A DNA stretch of 64,000 nucleotides from Emiliania huxleyi CCMP1516 (lineage: Eukaryota): the NCBI RefSeq assembly GCF_000372725.1, contig NW_005201732.1, forward strand, positions 310,001 through 374,000, written 5' to 3'. Below, piece after piece: positions 61,440 through 64,000 of this stretch (the first letter of the stretch is position 1; every line of letters begins with the position of its first letter). A program made the translations under genes and the position numbers. The notes under the pieces were generated by a model. That model saw only the letters and a list, made by a program, of their open reading frames with translations, had not been told where the DNA came from and did no database searches.

Positions 61440-62563
61440 CTTTGGCTTCCCCTCAAGTGGTGGAGACGGCGCCGGGAGCTGAACTCTCCCTGTCCCTCAC
61501 ACCGACCTGAAATGGTCGCGACCCCAAATGTCGCCATCCGCAATCCCTCGCGGCGCCGAGACGCCCCAGACGAAGAGAGCATAGTCAGCTCCTTGTCTCA
61601 AGCTTACTCGATCTCTTGTGTGGTCCATTGACGTACACTTGCAGCGTGCCAACTGCCAAGCCCTTTGAGCGTGTCTTGTCTGATATTGGTGCCCCCTCGG
61701 TTCCGCGCCTTTCTCTGTCACGCCTCTTGCAACTCGCTCGGGAGCGGGAGAGGGTGTGCGCGAATATTTGTTATGTGTCTATTTTCCCGATTTTCATACG
61801 TGGCTGGGTTCACAGCGATTGTAGGAAAACGAAGGGACCAAATCACGGTCGCGGCCTTCCGACTCGCGCCTCCGCCTCACTGGCACTATTGTAGCCCTGG
61901 CCGGTGCGCGTGCGGAGTTGAAGTTCCGGAGTGAAAATTCGAACGCGTTCTCTCACGGTGACCAAAAAATGTCCACCTCAGAGGCACCTCCGGAGGCAGG
62001 CCGCCGCACGCCGGCGACACAGCTCCAGCTGTCGAGCTGACCCTCAGCTCCTCTCAGAGCGGGAACTGTGACAAAAGTTGACTGAGGCGGTTGTCAGGAA
62101 TCATCATACGGATCACATGGTGGCTCTCTCATGACGGGAGACCGCCCGACCACTCCTGGGTGGCACTGCCACCGGTGTCGCTCGACGTCCTGTCGACAGC
62201 GTGCCGACAGCGACACAGATCATGTGGGACGCGTCGAGTATCGACCTCTACTGCTTACCCAGCCTTCGAGTGTATCCTGGCTGTGGTCCCACACCCACTG
62301 GTGTCCATCTCAGAGACCGCAGGAGGTCATGAGGGTCGATGGGAGTGCCAACCCCACAATGCCTAAAAACCCAGCCCAGTATATCTTCCCCATTTCCTTC
62401 TCCCTCCAATGCATGGACTCCAAGGGGGGCCCCCCTCTGCCCTCTCCAAAAGGGAAACAACTCACAAGAAGCAAGATAGCGAAAAGGAGTGACCTATCTC
62501 GGGACACATTACATCCTAGAAAATTGTGTCTCCCACTTCGCTGAGCGAGTGCGTCGTGCTGCA

Positions 62564-63940
62564 TCACGTCTGCTCACATCTCAATAGCAGCCCACGCAAC
62601 CCGAGCCGCAACGCAACAGCTGGGTCGCTCGCGCGGAGCGCTCCAAACCAGACGCTCCACGCGGTCGCCTGCGGCAGCGACGGAGCCAGGCAAGCGGCGA
62701 GCGACGGCACGGCACTGACGGCCGCATGCAACTCGGCCGCGTGTCGGCCGCCGCGCTGCGCCATCGGGCGGAGAGCGCGGGCGAGGGCGAGGGCGTCGCC
62801 ATCGCTCATCGACGCGCCGCCGCACGCAAGTGGCTGCCGCACGACGCGGGCGGCGAGGGTCGCGTCGGCCTCGTCGTCCATTGGCGGAGAAAGGAGGCGG
62901 CAGACGGAGGCGGCGAGCGCGTGCGGGCTGCGCGGGTCGGAGCAGAGGAGCAGCAGCCTACGGTGTGGCCGAGCCGCGGCTGGGAGGCGGCAGCCGCGGG
63001 AGGAGACGAGGCGCGGAGCTCGGCGCGCCGGTTCTGAACCGCACGCGCCTCGCGGCTGCGCGGCGGCGCGAGCCGGTCGAGCGAGTCGGCCGACGCCTCC
63101 GCGAGCGGCGAGAGGAGGGCAGTGCGCAGAGCCGCGGCGAGGAGGGCGGCGGGAGGCAGCCGCTCTCCGCGCGGCGCTGGCTCCCACCGCCTCCACGCCT
63201 CCTCGGCGGCGGTGCGCAGCCACACGGGGCGCGCGGCGTGGTGGATGGCGTAAGCGTGGTTGCGGCCCGAGGAGAGGACGAGGGTGAGCTTGAGGTCGCC
63301 TGGTCCTCGCCGTGGACTGTGAGTAGAACCACTCGGTGAGGAGAGGCCGAGCCGCAGCTACAGGGGGCTGCCTCCCTCGAGCAGCAGCAGCCGGTCGTCC
63401 TGCCCCACCTGCGGCCGGTGCCACCGACGCGTCACGGACGTGTCCTCGACGTGCCCAGCAGCCGGTGCGTCCTGCGCGACCTCTCTGCGCAAGCACAGCG
63501 GCCGGTCGGGCTCCAGCTCACGCCAGAGCGACTGCAGCGCGCCGGCGGTCGGCGTGCTCACGCCGAGCAAGGCCCCAGCAGCCGCAAGGATGTTGCCGCC
63601 ATCGGGCCGCATCTCGTATCGCAGCCGCGGCGGCGCGGCGCGGTCCCGCTGCCCCGGCAGAGGAGGAGGCAGTGGCGGGGGCGGCGGGCCCGGCGGCGAG
63701 GAGGATCGGGCGGCCGGCAGAGCCTCGTCGAAGTAGGCGACGCCGGGCAAACCGCTCACCAGCCTCATCCACTCCCTCGCCGCGGCGGGCGAGTGCGCGC
63801 CGCCGCCTTGCGAGTAGAACGCGACGAGGCCGGCGCTCGCGCTGGCAGGGAGCCGGAACGGGTCAAAGTCCTGCGCCTCGGCCGACCAGAGCAGAGCATT
63901 GAGCAGCTCGCGCAGCACGAGCTCGGCGCAGTCAGGCACC
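62564..63940 (-). CDS. Hypothetical multi-exon protein; starts beyond the window end
   Basis: Exon VPDCAELVLRELLNALLW...EWMRLVSGLPGVAY...YEMRP follows a CAG acceptor; Ala/Leu-rich downstream exon. Confidence 0.55.
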
Positions 63941-64000
63941 TGCGCACAGCGCGCTCGGCCGTGAGAACAGCGCGCGACGCACCGCCGAAACGCGAGAGCT

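Overview
This is GC-rich eukaryotic genomic DNA with four N-gaps, many short (about 65-80 nt) GC-AG/GT-AG introns, and intronic 10-13 bp tandem repeats. That style suggests a haptophyte such as Emiliania/Gephyrocapsa huxleyi (inference from sequence style only). About 19 genes are recognisable: PCCB, an ABCD transporter, a divergent lipoxygenase-like protein, an SGNH hydrolase, a CAAX/CPBP protease, an LRR/coiled-coil protein, a double-AP2 protein, a P3A H+-ATPase, a YdcZ-type DMT transporter, a Wee1-like kinase, a CobW GTPase, an AGC-like kinase, PFK-2/FBPase-2, a GT31-like fragment, a membrane desaturase and several hypotheticals. Mobile DNA includes a complete 1.2-kb TRIM-like LTR element with a 5-bp TSD, a 411-bp MITE, and a 2.7-kb TIR element carrying satellites and the AP2 gene. 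The most striking signal is a recurring ~70-nt unit: a 25-40 bp duplication of coding sequence around a 35-50 bp filler. It appears to create introns in several unrelated genes. One 40-bp filler is shared at 38/40 identity by two genes, which is introner-like. All gene models were read by eye, so splice sites and start codons are provisional.
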